Positions 8,438-18,560 of a stretch of 64,000 nt of DNA are shown here, piece after piece. The number at the start of each line of letters is the position of its first letter. Positions within the stretch are counted from its first letter, which is position 1. A model generated the notes under the pieces. That model had not been told where the DNA came from. It saw only the letters and a program-made list of their open reading frames with translations, and did no database searches. Both the position numbers and the translations under genes were made by a program. Source of the stretch: an uncultured Clostridium sp. (GTDB taxonomy: Bacteria; Bacillota; Clostridia; TANB77; CAG-508); assembly GCA_948471035.1 (NCBI GenBank), contig CAOKRC010000001.1, positions 45,674 through 109,673 of the forward strand, in the 5' to 3' direction.

Positions 8438-9718
8438 ATGTTAGATATTAAATTTGTAAGAGAAAATCCTGAACTTGTTAAAGAAAATATAAAGAAAAAA
8501 TTTCAAGAACATAAACTTCATTTGGTTGATGAAGTTATAGAATTAGATACTAAAAATAGAACTACAAAACTAAGAGGTGATGAACTTCGTTCTAAACGTA
8601 ATAGTTTAAGTAGTGAAATTGGTATTCTTATGAAAAACGGCAAAAAAGATGAAGCAGAAGCTATAAAAAAACAAGTTACTAACATAAATGCAGAACTTGT
8701 AGAAAATGAAAAATTAGAAGCTAGTATTGCTTTAGAAATTAAAGAAAAAATGATGAAGATACCGAATATAATTCATGAATCTGTTCCAATTGGTGAAAAT
8801 GATTCTAAAAATGTAGAAGTAGAAAAATTTGGTGAACCTGTTGTTCCAAACTATGAAATTCCTTATCACGCTGATATTATGGAGAGTTTTGCTGGTATAG
8901 ACTTAGATTCTGCAAGAAGAGTTGCTGGTAATGGTTTTTATTATTTAATGGGTGATATAGCAAGACTTCATAGTAGCGTTATTTCATATGCAAGAGATTT
9001 TATGATTAATAAAGGATTTACATACTGTGTTCCACCTTTTATGATTCGTTCTGATGTTGTAACAGGTGTTATGAGTTTTGAAGAAATGGATGCTATGATG
9101 TATAAAATTGAAGGTGAAGATTTGTACTTAATTGGAACAAGTGAACATTCAATGATTGGTAAATTTAAAGATAAAATTTTACAAAAGTCTAGTTTACCAT
9201 ATACAATGACATCATATTCTCCTTGCTTTAGAAAAGAAAAAGGTGCTCATGGTATAGAAGAACGTGGAATTTATCGTATACATCAATTTGAAAAACAAGA
9301 AATGATTGTTGTTTGTGAACCAGAACAAAGTTATGAATGGTATAATAAAATGTGGTCTTATACTGTTGAATTATTTAGGAGCTTAGATATTCCTGTTCGA
9401 ACACTCGAATGTTGCAGTGGTGACCTTGCAGATTTAAAAGCCAAGAGTGTTGATGTGGAAGCTTGGAGTCCAAGACAACAAAAATATTTTGAAGTTGGAA
9501 GTTGTTCAAACTTAACAGATGCTCAAAGCAGACGTTTAGGTATTCGTATAAAAGGAGAAAAAGGTAATTATTATGCTCATACTTTAAATAATACCGTAGT
9601 TGCTCCTCCTCGTATGCTTATAGCATTGCTTGAAAATAACTATAATGAAGATGGAAGCATAAGTATTCCAAAAGCATTACAACCTTATATGGGCGGAAAA
9701 GAAAAATTAGAAAAATAA
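8438..9718 (+). CDS. serS: Seryl-tRNA synthetase
   Basis: 426 aa with an N-terminal coiled-coil arm and class II core (TSEHSM, FRKE, GSCSN). RBS GGAGG. Confidence 0.95.
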   Translation: MLDIKFVRENPELVKENIKKKFQEHKLHLVDEVIELDTKNRTTKLRGDELRSKRNSLSSEIGILMKNGKKDEAEAIKKQVTNINAELVENEKLEASIALEIKEKMMKIPNIIHESVPIGENDSKNVEVEKFGEPVVPNYEIPYHADIMESFAGIDLDSARRVAGNGFYYLMGDIARLHSSVISYARDFMINKGFTYCVPPFMIRSDVVTGVMSFEEMDAMMYKIEGEDLYLIGTSEHSMIGKFKDKILQKSSLPYTMTSYSPCFRKEKGAHGIEERGIYRIHQFEKQEMIVVCEPEQSYEWYNKMWSYTVELFRSLDIPVRTLECCSGDLADLKAKSVDVEAWSPRQQKYFEVGSCSNLTDAQSRRLGIRIKGEKGNYYAHTLNNTVVAPPRMLIALLENNYNEDGSISIPKALQPYMGGKEKLEK

Positions 9719-9743
9719 AAAATAGATTAAAAGAGGTTAGAAA

Positions 9744-10326
9744 ATGAAAGTCAATAATCCTAAATTTGAAGTTTCTGCTGTTAGTCCAAAACAATACCCT
9801 AATAACAACCTTCCTGAAATTGTTCTAGTTGGAAAATCTAATGTTGGAAAATCTTCATTTGTAAACACTATGATTAATAGAAAATCTCTTGCTAGAACTA
9901 GTAGTGAACCTGGTAAGACAAGACAAATTAATTTTTATAATATAGATAACAAATTTTATTTTGTGGATTTACCTGGATATGGTTATAGTAAGATGTCAAA
10001 ACTTGAGCAAGAAAAAGTTGGTAAATTTACAGAAGAATATTTAGTTAAAAGAAATACGATTTCTCTTATTATATTTCTAATAGATATTCGTCATAAACCT
10101 ACTGAAAATGATAGACTTATGTATGATTATGTTGTTAGATCTAATTTACCTTTTATTGTACTTACAAATAAGGCTGATAAAATCGCCCCTACTAAAGTTG
10201 ATTCTTATGTTGAAGATTTAAAAAAGGACCTTCGGTATTTCTTTTAGTACAATTATTCCATTTTCCTCAGTGAAAAAAAATTATACAGATACAGTGTGGA
10301 ATAAAATAGAAGAATTTATATTTTAG
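9744..10326 (+). CDS. engB: Ribosome biogenesis GTPase EngB/YsxC (needs a +1 frame change at CGG 10233-10235)
   Basis: G1 motif GKSNVGKSS, DLPGYG and NKADK are present. Frame 0 stops 3 codons after CGG. CTT C GGT continues as G-ISFSTIIPFSSVKKNYTDTVWNKIEEFIF, a typical EngB tail, giving 193 aa. Confidence 0.85.
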
Positions 10327-10349
10327 CATATAACAAATTTCGTGCAAAT

Positions 10350-10433
10350 GAAGATATTTATTTTGAAAAGTAGTGTATGCAAAGTCTACGATAGCCTATA
10401 CGAGGTTGATATTTTTCAAAATAAATATACTTC
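10350..10433. repeat. AT-rich inverted repeat (20-bp arms, 43-nt loop)
   Basis: GAAGATATTTATTTTGAAAA pairs with TTTTCAAAATAAATATACTTC, with one bulged base. Confidence 0.6.
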
Positions 10434-10481
10434 ATGGGAGTGGCACTAGTAACTTATACAAGAAAGGACTGTTTACAAGTT

Positions 10482-11015
10482 ATGAAACTAAATGAAGATA
10501 GTGAAATTTTAGCAGAAAATAAAGTTTTAATTTTATATATTTTAAATAAACTTGATAAACCTATAGATAATGATAATCTTTTAAAACTTACATTATCAAT
10601 TAAAGAAATGAATTACTTTTATTTTCAACAATTCTTATTAGATTTGCTTGAAAATAAATATATTATTGGTTATACAGAAGATGAAAAAACTATGTATAAA
10701 ATAACAGATTTAGGAAAAGAAACATTATCTCTTACAGATGACATTTTACCTGGTATTATGAAATTTCAAATTGATAATACTTTAAATGAAGAAGTAGACG
10801 ATGTACAATACAAAACTCATGCTTTTTCTGAATTTACTCCCAAAAATGAGCATGAGTTTATAGTTACTTGTAAATTGGTCAAAAATAATGTAACTATTTT
10901 TGAAGTAAAACTTCAAGCTAGTTCTAGTGAAGAAGCAAAGCACATTGCTGAAAAATGGGAAAATAACTACGAAGAAATTTACCCCATCATTGTAGATATA
11001 TTAGTTAGTAAATAA
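10482..11015 (+). CDS. DUF4364-like putative regulator
   Basis: The N-terminus (ILAENKVLILYILNKLDKPIDNDNLL...NYFYFQQFLLDL) fits the DUF4364 pattern from memory. The start choice (ATG 10482 versus 10434) is uncertain. Confidence 0.45.
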   Translation: MKLNEDSEILAENKVLILYILNKLDKPIDNDNLLKLTLSIKEMNYFYFQQFLLDLLENKYIIGYTEDEKTMYKITDLGKETLSLTDDILPGIMKFQIDNTLNEEVDDVQYKTHAFSEFTPKNEHEFIVTCKLVKNNVTIFEVKLQASSSEEAKHIAEKWENNYEEIYPIIVDILVSK

Positions 11016-11036
11016 GAATTCCATAAAATATCATTT

Positions 11037-12341
11037 TTATCTAACAATATCAATTATGGCTCTTGGTTCTTCTACTTTTTCATTTGAGATTCTATATATC
11101 TCTTTTAGCTTAGTTACAGCTTCATTTCCTAATTCTTCATTATTTGCATGAACATAACAAAGAATATCCCCTATTTTTACCTCATTTGATACTTTTTTAC
11201 AAAGTACAATACCAACACTTTCGTCTATATCATCTTCTTTCCTTACTCTTCCTGCCCCAAGAAATCCTGATATTTCTCCTACTTCTCTTGCATTTATTTT
11301 TTCTACGAATCCTGATTCATCTGATATTACAGGAATTATAAATTTTGCTTTTTCAAATTTATTTATATCTTCTAAATATGAAACATCTCCACCTTGATTT
11401 TTTATAAGTTCTTTAAATTTATTATATGCTTTTCCATTTTGTATATTTTCCAATATTTTCTTTTTGTTTTCGCAAGTATCCTCACCAAGTCCTGCAAGTT
11501 TTATCATATAGCTACCTAGCTCTAATACTACGGCTTTCACATCTTCTTCCATATCACCTTTAAGTGCTTTAATTGCTTCAATTACTTCTAAATTATTTCC
11601 AACGCTTGTTCCTAGTGGTTCATCCATATTCGTTAGAACACATACAGTTTCTTTTCTTGCAAGTTTTCCAATTTTATTCATAGTTTTAGATAATTTTATA
11701 GCATCTTCTTTATTTTGCATAAAGGCACCAGACCCACAAGTAACATCTAATACAATTTTATTTGCCCCCGCTGCTATTTTTTTGCTCATAATGCTAGATG
11801 CAATAAGAGGAATATTATCTGTACAAGAAATTGTATCACGTAAAGCATATAACAATTTATCCGCTGGTGCTAGATTTAAAGTTTGTCCAATTAAACTTAT
11901 TCCAACACTTTTAACATTTTTTATGAACTGTTCAATTTCAACACTTGTATTATATCCTGGTATTGACTCTAATTTATCTATGGTTCCTCCTGTAAAACCA
12001 AGTCCACGTCCAGACATTTTTGCAACAGGTATGCCAAATGAAGCAACAATAGGAAGGAGAATCAAACTAACTTTATCTCCTACTCCTCCTGTTGAATGTT
12101 TATCAACAACATTTTTCCCAAACACTGATAAATCTAGCATTTCACCAGAATTTGCCATACTTAATGTTAGATTAGTAGTTTCTTCATCATTCATTCCATT
12201 TATATATATTGCCATAACTAATGCTGCTGCTTGATAATCTGTTACTTCGCCATTTGTATATCCTTTAACAAAATATTCAATTTCTTCTTTACTTAGTTCT
12301 TTTTTATCTCTTTTTTTAGCTATAATTTCTAATATGTTCAT
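11037..12341 (-). CDS. pdp: Pyrimidine-nucleoside phosphorylase
   Basis: 434 aa counted from the ATG after GGAGG. Contains DKHSTGGVGDK and MSGRGLGFTGGTIDKLESIPGY. Confidence 0.9.
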   Translation of the reverse strand: MNILEIIAKKRDKKELSKEEIEYFVKGYTNGEVTDYQAAALVMAIYINGMNDEETTNLTLSMANSGEMLDLSVFGKNVVDKHSTGGVGDKVSLILLPIVASFGIPVAKMSGRGLGFTGGTIDKLESIPGYNTSVEIEQFIKNVKSVGISLIGQTLNLAPADKLLYALRDTISCTDNIPLIASSIMSKKIAAGANKIVLDVTCGSGAFMQNKEDAIKLSKTMNKIGKLARKETVCVLTNMDEPLGTSVGNNLEVIEAIKALKGDMEEDVKAVVLELGSYMIKLAGLGEDTCENKKKILENIQNGKAYNKFKELIKNQGGDVSYLEDINKFEKAKFIIPVISDESGFVEKINAREVGEISGFLGAGRVRKEDDIDESVGIVLCKKVSNEVKIGDILCYVHANNEELGNEAVTKLKEIYRISNEKVEEPRAIIDIVR

Positions 12342-12402
12342 CTTATAATTTCCTCCAACTAAATTTACTTTATTTTTAATGTTCGTCCTATAGTCCGCTC
12401 CC

Positions 12403-12551
12403 AATGGTTTTTTAATTATATTTTTTTATTCGTTCGTCCCAAAACATCACACATAGTGTTATAAAATTTGTTTAAAAACTCATTTTATAACACTATGTAG
12501 CTTGTCGGGCCTCACACAAGCTCACTTCTAAAAAAATATAATTAAACCATT
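12403..12551. repeat. Nested palindromic intergenic element
   Basis: Outer arms are AATGGTTTTTTAATTATATTTTTTT and AAAAAAATATAATTAAACCATT. The inner stem is a perfect 17-bp pairing of ACATAGTGTTATAAAAT (12451-12467) with 12482-12498. Confidence 0.65.
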
Positions 12552-12612
12552 TCGCACTATTATAATCCCTAAACTTAACTGTAATACTTTATATTACTAA
12601 TTAAAAATCGTA

Positions 12613-13248
12613 TTACACAAAATTCTTAGTAAAACTTCTTCTATGTATTGGGCATAATCCATATTCTTTTATCGCTTGTATATGAAATGCTGTTCCATAA
12701 CCTTTATGTTTCTCGAATCCATACATTGGATATACCTCATCCCACTCTCGCATAATTCTATCCCTTGTTACTTTCGCAATTATTGAAGCACATGATATTG
12801 AATAGCAAAGTGCATCACCTTTAATAATTGGCTTATAAGGAATTCCTAACGTATCTATTTTATTTAGTGCATCTACTAAAATAAGATCTGGCTTTACCTT
12901 AAGTTCTTGTAAAGATTTAGTTAATCCAAGTTTTGTTGCATTCAATATATTAAGCTCATCAATTTGTCCATGGTCTATAATTCCTACCCCATAACTAATT
13001 GCCTCTTCTATTATTTTATCATATAGTTCCTCTCTTTTCTTTTCAGAAACTTTTTTAGAATCATTAACACCTTCTATTGCCGAATCTCTTGGCATTATAA
13101 CACTTGCAACAACAACAGGCCCTGCAAGTGGTCCACGTCCTGCTTCATCTATTCCACATATATAGTTTATATTAGTATTGTTATTATATATCTCTTCTTC
13201 TATTTGTTTTAACTTTTTAAGTCTTAATTGTTCTTTTTCTTTCATCAT
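12613..13248 (-). CDS. rnhB: Ribonuclease HII
   Basis: 211 aa containing GIDEAGRGPLAGPVV and DSKK. Confidence 0.9.
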   Translation of the reverse strand: MMKEKEQLRLKKLKQIEEEIYNNNTNINYICGIDEAGRGPLAGPVVVASVIMPRDSAIEGVNDSKKVSEKKREELYDKIIEEAISYGVGIIDHGQIDELNILNATKLGLTKSLQELKVKPDLILVDALNKIDTLGIPYKPIIKGDALCYSISCASIIAKVTRDRIMREWDEVYPMYGFEKHKGYGTAFHIQAIKEYGLCPIHRRSFTKNFV

Positions 13249-13266
13249 TTATTCCTTTATAAAAAA

Positions 13267-13734
13267 TTATTTTACAGTTACATTTTTCATATCTGTTAGT
13301 TTATAATAAGTTATTCCATCATTTTCATATCCTTTAACATATATAACTTCTTCTGTTTCATAATTAACTATATATCCATCTTCTATTTCGATTTTCTCTA
13401 ACCCCATACTTACTAAATCATCTTTTGATAATAAGTAATATTTACTTGCATCTTCTATAATTCCTGCATCCAATACTTTATCAACTTTCTTATCCCCTGA
13501 AATTTCACTTAAAATTATCCCTTTATAATTATCTGTATTATTGTTAAATTTAGCTTGTTCTGCTATAGTTTTAGCTTTTGCTTGAATTAGCATCATATTT
13601 GTATTAACAGTTTTAAGTGTTGCTTGTTTTATAACTGAAGTTCCTACTGTTACTGTAACTCCACCAATAATTAGTAATATTACAATTGTTATTACTAATG
13701 ATACAATTGTTATTCCTTTTTGATTTTTTTTCAT
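13267..13734 (-). CDS. Small secreted protein with a prepilin-like N-terminal helix
   Basis: N-terminus MKKNQKGITIVSLVITIVILLIIGG resembles a class III signal but lacks the conserved Glu at +5. Confidence 0.4.
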   Translation of the reverse strand: MKKNQKGITIVSLVITIVILLIIGGVTVTVGTSVIKQATLKTVNTNMMLIQAKAKTIAEQAKFNNNTDNYKGIILSEISGDKKVDKVLDAGIIEDASKYYLLSKDDLVSMGLEKIEIEDGYIVNYETEEVIYVKGYENDGITYYKLTDMKNVTVK

Positions 13735-13924
13735 TGCTAATTCCTCCTATATTAAACTAATTTGATTTTTCATACTTATTATATATATTAATAAATATAT
13801 TTTCAAGTGTGATTTTGTATTTTTGTAATATTAACACATTTTTCACAAATAATTCACAATTCTATTGTATTATGATATAAAAATAGGTTATAGTATTTAT
13901 AATCTTTATATTTGGGAGGTATTT

Positions 13925-15159
13925 ATGGAAAATAATTCAAATAATAATAAAACTACTTCATATAAAGTAGTTAATTTTTCTAGTGATTCAAATAAAGGAA
14001 AGAATAGTTTTTCAAAAAGTGTATTAATACCATTTTTTTCTGGCATACTTGGAACATCTCTTGTAATTGGTACTTGCTTTGGAATTCCTCGGTATTCGTG
14101 AAAAAATAATAGGTAATACCTCAGTACAAACTACTGCCACTACATCGCGGAAATGAAAAAAATAATTCTGTTAATGGTAATTTTACACAAATATCACTTT
14201 CAAATTATTCTGATACTGGCGTTAATGTTGCTGAAAAAGTACGTCCATCTATTGTTGGTATTACAGTGGAATATTCTGTAAATTCAATTTTTTCTAAAAA
14301 TGGTACATCTACAGCTAGTGGTTCTGGTATTATTATGAGTGAGGATGGTTATATTTTAACTAATAATCATATTGTTAATTCTACTTCTACTAATTCATAT
14401 TATGAAGTATCAAAAGCTAGTAAAGTAACTGTTTATTTGTATAATGACGAAACTCCATATGAAGCAAAAATTATAGGTACAGATGAACAAACAGACCTTG
14501 CTGTTATAAAAATAGAAAAATCAGGTTTAGTTCCTGCTGAACTTGGAGATTCTAGTTCTGTAAAAGTTGGAGAATTTTCAATGGCTGTTGGTAACCCATT
14601 AGGAATGCAAAGTAGTGTAACTGGTGGAATGATTAGTGCTGTTAATAGAGAAGTTACAGATTCTGATGGAAAAACATATATTCTAATTCAAACTGATGCT
14701 GCTATTAATGCTGGAAATAGTGGTGGTGCATTAGTAAATGCTGAAGGAAAGGTTATTGGTGTCAATACTTTAAAACTTTCTGGAACTGGTATTGAAGGTA
14801 TGGGATTTGCTATTCCTATAAACTCTACTCTTGATATTTACGAGCAACTAATTCAATATAATAAGGTTAAAAGACCATATATTGGAATTACTGGACTTGA
14901 CCTTGATGAAAAAACAGCTGAATATAATAAACTTGTTGTTGGGATTTATGTAAAAGCTATTGACGACTTTTCTAGTGCTGAAAAAGCTGGACTTAAAGTT
15001 GGTGATGTAATTATTGAAGCTGATGGAAAAAAAGTTAGCACTATGAATGAATTAAATGAAATTAAAAATACTCATAAAATTGGTGATGAAATGACTTTAA
15101 AAATTAATAGAAATGGAAATGAAATTTCTATTTCTCTAACTCTTGCAGAACAACCTTAA
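13925..15159 (+). CDS. htrA: HtrA/DegP-like S1C serine protease with PDZ domain (needs two +1 frame changes, at CGG 14090-14092 and 14148-14150)
   Basis: TM anchor, HIV...TDLAVIK...GNSGGALVN catalytic triad context, and a PDZ domain. Frames run 2 to 0 to 1 exactly as two +1 steps predict, giving 410 aa in total. The track shows it as pieces 13865..14101 and 14266..15159. Confidence 0.85.
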
Positions 15160-15174
15160 GTTAATATAAAAAAA

Positions 15175-15211
15175 GTAAACATTGTACAAAGAGTGCAATG
15201 TTCACTTTTTC
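15175..15211 (+). terminator. Terminator after htrA
   Basis: Stem GTAAACATTG / CAATGTTCAC followed by a T-run. Confidence 0.6.
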
Positions 15212-15445
15212 TTAAGACTTTATTTTCTATTTCTACACTATTCATTCACAAGATGGACAAATATGTTTTATATTATATATACATACAAAGAAAGTATAAA
15301 TATTATTTAACTTGTACTTTCTTTTCAATATAACTAAGATTATATTGAAACATCCCCTTTTATTTTCAAGAAACGGCTACAATAGTAGTCGTTTTTAATT
15401 AAAATAACAGTAAGTGAATTATTTTCACCTACTGTTATTTATCCT

Positions 15446-16946
15446 TTATATTACTAATTCTAAATCAAAATAAAACTCTACTCCATTTTCTTTATTTACT
15501 ACTCCATAATCTTTTTTATAATTATTCATAATAGCTTTTACTAAAGATAAACCTATTCCTGTTCCACCATCTTCTCTATTTCTTGATTCATCTATCTTGT
15601 AAAATCTGTTCCAAATTCTATTTAGCTTTTCTTCTTCTATATTTTCTCCTGTATTAAATACAGTGGTTCTTACTGTATTTTTCTCAATATCTGCTTTTGT
15701 CTCTATTTTTATTGTTTTTTTACCTTTAATCTCTTTTACATTTTTTATAGCATTGGTTAAATAATTTGTTATTACTTGTTCAATATAGAAAGGATCTGCA
15801 TTAACAAATACTTGATTATCTTTATCATATTCTACTTCTATACTACTTTCTTCTAGCATTACACTAGATTTCCTTACTACTTCTTTAATTAATTCGCAAA
15901 TATCAAATTTATCATTGTTAAATTCTCTTTTTCCATATTCTAGTTTCATTAGTTCTAGTAGTTGTTTTACTAAAGTATCCATTTTATTCGCTTCGTCTAA
16001 AATAACACTTGCATAAAATTTTCTATTTTCTTCATCTGTATTTACATTCTCAATTAAACCTTCTGAGTATCCTTGTATTAAAGCTATTGGAGTTTTTAAT
16101 TCATGTGATACATCAGAAATAAATTGTTTTCTCATTTCATCTATTTTAGACTTTTCTTCTATATCTTTTTCAAGTTCCACATTTGTTTCACGCAATCTAT
16201 TTATTGTTTTTTCTAGTTTATCACTCATTGTGTTTATACTTTTCCCTAAGTTGTTAATTTCATCATCAGCATCTGTTATTCTGTACTTATGGCTAAAATC
16301 TAATTTTGCCATTTTATTTGCTATATCATTTAATTCTAGAATTGGCTTTGTAAATCTTCTAGAAATAAATGATACTACAAATCCACCTATAATTATAGTA
16401 AATCCACCTATTAAGTATAAGAATTTATTTGATATTTTAACGCTTTCATGAATAGATGCTACTGGCATTCTTATATATAAAATATATCCATTATCTAGAG
16501 TCGCACTAAATAATATAAATGTTAGGCCATTTCCGTGAGTCTTCTACTCTTCTTATTAGAATTTTATCGTCTTTATACACAATATGTTTATCATTTCCTT
16601 TAAAGTTTGTAAGAGCATTCATATTATTTATAGTTGATATAAAGTCTTTATTGGTAGAGTATATACTTATATTCTTATTGGTTTTTATTAATATATCAAA
16701 GTTATTATTAATTGCTGCTTTTTCAAGTTCTAACTCTATATTTACACTGTTATCTTCGTTTTTATAATAACTATTTATTCTATTATATACTGATATTAAA
16801 TTTTTTTGCTTTGAATATAAGTAGAACGTTTCTAGCACAAAGTTATTTGTTACAATTAGAAATGCTATTATTATTATAACAACAATACAAAGTGTTAAAA
16901 ATAGCTTCACTCTAATGGATTTGAATTTATTTTTTAGATTTTCCAT
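15446..16946 (-). CDS. Sensor histidine kinase (needs a +1 frame change at CGG 16533-16535)
   Basis: TM, extracellular domain, TM, HAMP, HisKA (SHELKTP) and HATPase (GGTGIGLS). TCA C GGA joins ORF 16506..16946 to ORF 15446..16468, giving 499 aa. Confidence 0.85.
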
Positions 16947-17068
16947 TGTTTATTTGCTCCTGTAATTTATATGTTTTTTCTTTTCGCTTCCAGAAAGTAA
17001 TATTTTTCACGCTAGTTCCTATAATCGTTTAAATATTATCACAAATTTTTTATACTAAATAAAAACTT

Positions 17069-17746
17069 TTATTTCACTTCAAATTTGTAGCCTACACCTC
17101 TCATTGTTTCTATATATTTTCCTTTTTTCCCTAATTTGTGTCTTATTTTTTTAATATGACTATCAATTGTTCTTGAGTCTCCATAATAATCGTAATTCCA
17201 TACATTATTTAATATTTTGTCTCTAGATAATGCAATTCCTTCATTGTCTAGTAGATATTTTAGTAGTTCATATTCTCTTAGGCTCATTTCTATATTTTTT
17301 CCATCTACTTTTACAGTTCTTCCATCCGCATCAATAGTTATTCCACCATAGTCTTTTACATCTAACTCATTTGCTCTTGTTCTTTTTAAAATTGCCTCTA
17401 CTCTTGCTACAAGTATTTTAGGGCTAAATGGCTTTGATATGTATTCATCTACCCCTAGTTCAAATCCAAACAATTCGTCTTGTTCTTCCCCACGTGCTGT
17501 AAGCATAATTATTGGAACTTTAGAGTTTTGTCTAATTTGCCTAAGCACTGACCACCCATCAAGTTTTGGCATCATAACATCTAATAAAATTAATCCTATT
17601 TTATTCTTATTTTCTTCAAAAATTTCTAATGCTTTTTCTCCATCTTCTGCTTCAATAACACTAAATTCTTTTTGCTTTAAAAAGTCACTAATTAATTTTC
17701 TCATTCTTGCTTCATCATCAACAACAAGTACTGTTACATTATTCAT
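17069..17746 (-). CDS. OmpR-family response regulator
   Basis: Receiver domain (DDE...LDVMMP...K) plus a winged-helix C-terminus (RGVGYKF). Confidence 0.9.
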   Translation of the reverse strand: MNNVTVLVVDDEARMRKLISDFLKQKEFSVIEAEDGEKALEIFEENKNKIGLILLDVMMPKLDGWSVLRQIRQNSKVPIIMLTARGEEQDELFGFELGVDEYISKPFSPKILVARVEAILKRTRANELDVKDYGGITIDADGRTVKVDGKNIEMSLREYELLKYLLDNEGIALSRDKILNNVWNYDYYGDSRTIDSHIKKIRHKLGKKGKYIETMRGVGYKFEVK

Positions 17747-17841
17747 AATATAATCATTCCTTCATTCGCCATTTTCTTACATTATAGTAGCTTTTTGTGT
17801 CTATATTGTGAAAAGTAAAAGGTAATTGATAAATTAACTTT

Positions 17842-18231
17842 TTATAATAATTGTTCAAATTTTTCTCTAATATTTTGCAATAATACTATATATTCTTCTT
17901 TTATGTTCTTATATACTTTTCTTGATTCCTCTTCATCATATAAATGTGCAAGTGAATTTCTTGCAAGCATCATTTTTATCCAGGCCTCTCCATCTTCTAT
18001 TATTCCTTGTTTAAATCCACTTTGTATTACTTCTCTTGGGCTTCCAGTTTTCTCTGTAAATCCCATGTACTCTAAATAATCTTTTAAAGTTTTCCATGCA
18101 AGTTCAAATGTAAATTCAAATCTATGTAATATGCCATCAATTACAATTTGCGTTTCCTCTTCCTCTAATCCTTCTTTTAGTCTATCTACTGCATTACTAT
18201 AATCTTGTCTTCTTTCTTCGAAACGTTTCAT
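17842..18231 (-). CDS. HEPN-domain protein, HI0074-family nucleotidyltransferase substrate-binding subunit (putative toxin HepT)
   Basis: 129 aa with the Rx4-6H motif RNSLAH. Its start overlaps the stop of the upstream MNT gene (ATGA at 18231). Confidence 0.75.
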   Translation of the reverse strand: MKRFEERRQDYSNAVDRLKEGLEEEETQIVIDGILHRFEFTFELAWKTLKDYLEYMGFTEKTGSPREVIQSGFKQGIIEDGEAWIKMMLARNSLAHLYDEEESRKVYKNIKEEYIVLLQNIREKFEQLL

Positions 18232-18509
18232 TATAAATCAACTCCTTCTTTTATAATAGAATCTAATAGTCCTTTTTTTGTATTATTATTTATAAAAACT
18301 AAATCTATTGTATATGGTATGTCTAGTAAATCAAATTGATTCTTTATCTTGTATTCATCTTCTTCTGTTACATCTCTAAAAATAGCTATATCTATATCTG
18401 AACTATTTTTATAATCGCCTCTAGCCCTTGAACCAAATAATTTAAAATTATATTTGTATTCTTTTACAATTGCTTTAATACTATCTAATATTTCTTTTGA
18501 TAATCCCAT
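18231..18509 (-). CDS. Minimal nucleotidyltransferase (putative antitoxin MntA)
   Basis: 92 aa with GSRARGD...DIDI, the pol-beta-type NTase signature. Confidence 0.75.
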   Translation of the reverse strand: MGLSKEILDSIKAIVKEYKYNFKLFGSRARGDYKNSSDIDIAIFRDVTEEDEYKIKNQFDLLDIPYTIDLVFINNNTKKGLLDSIIKEGVDL

Positions 18510-18560
18510 TTTTATTTATAATTCCTTCCCTAAAAATCATAAATCACTCTATATTCTTAA

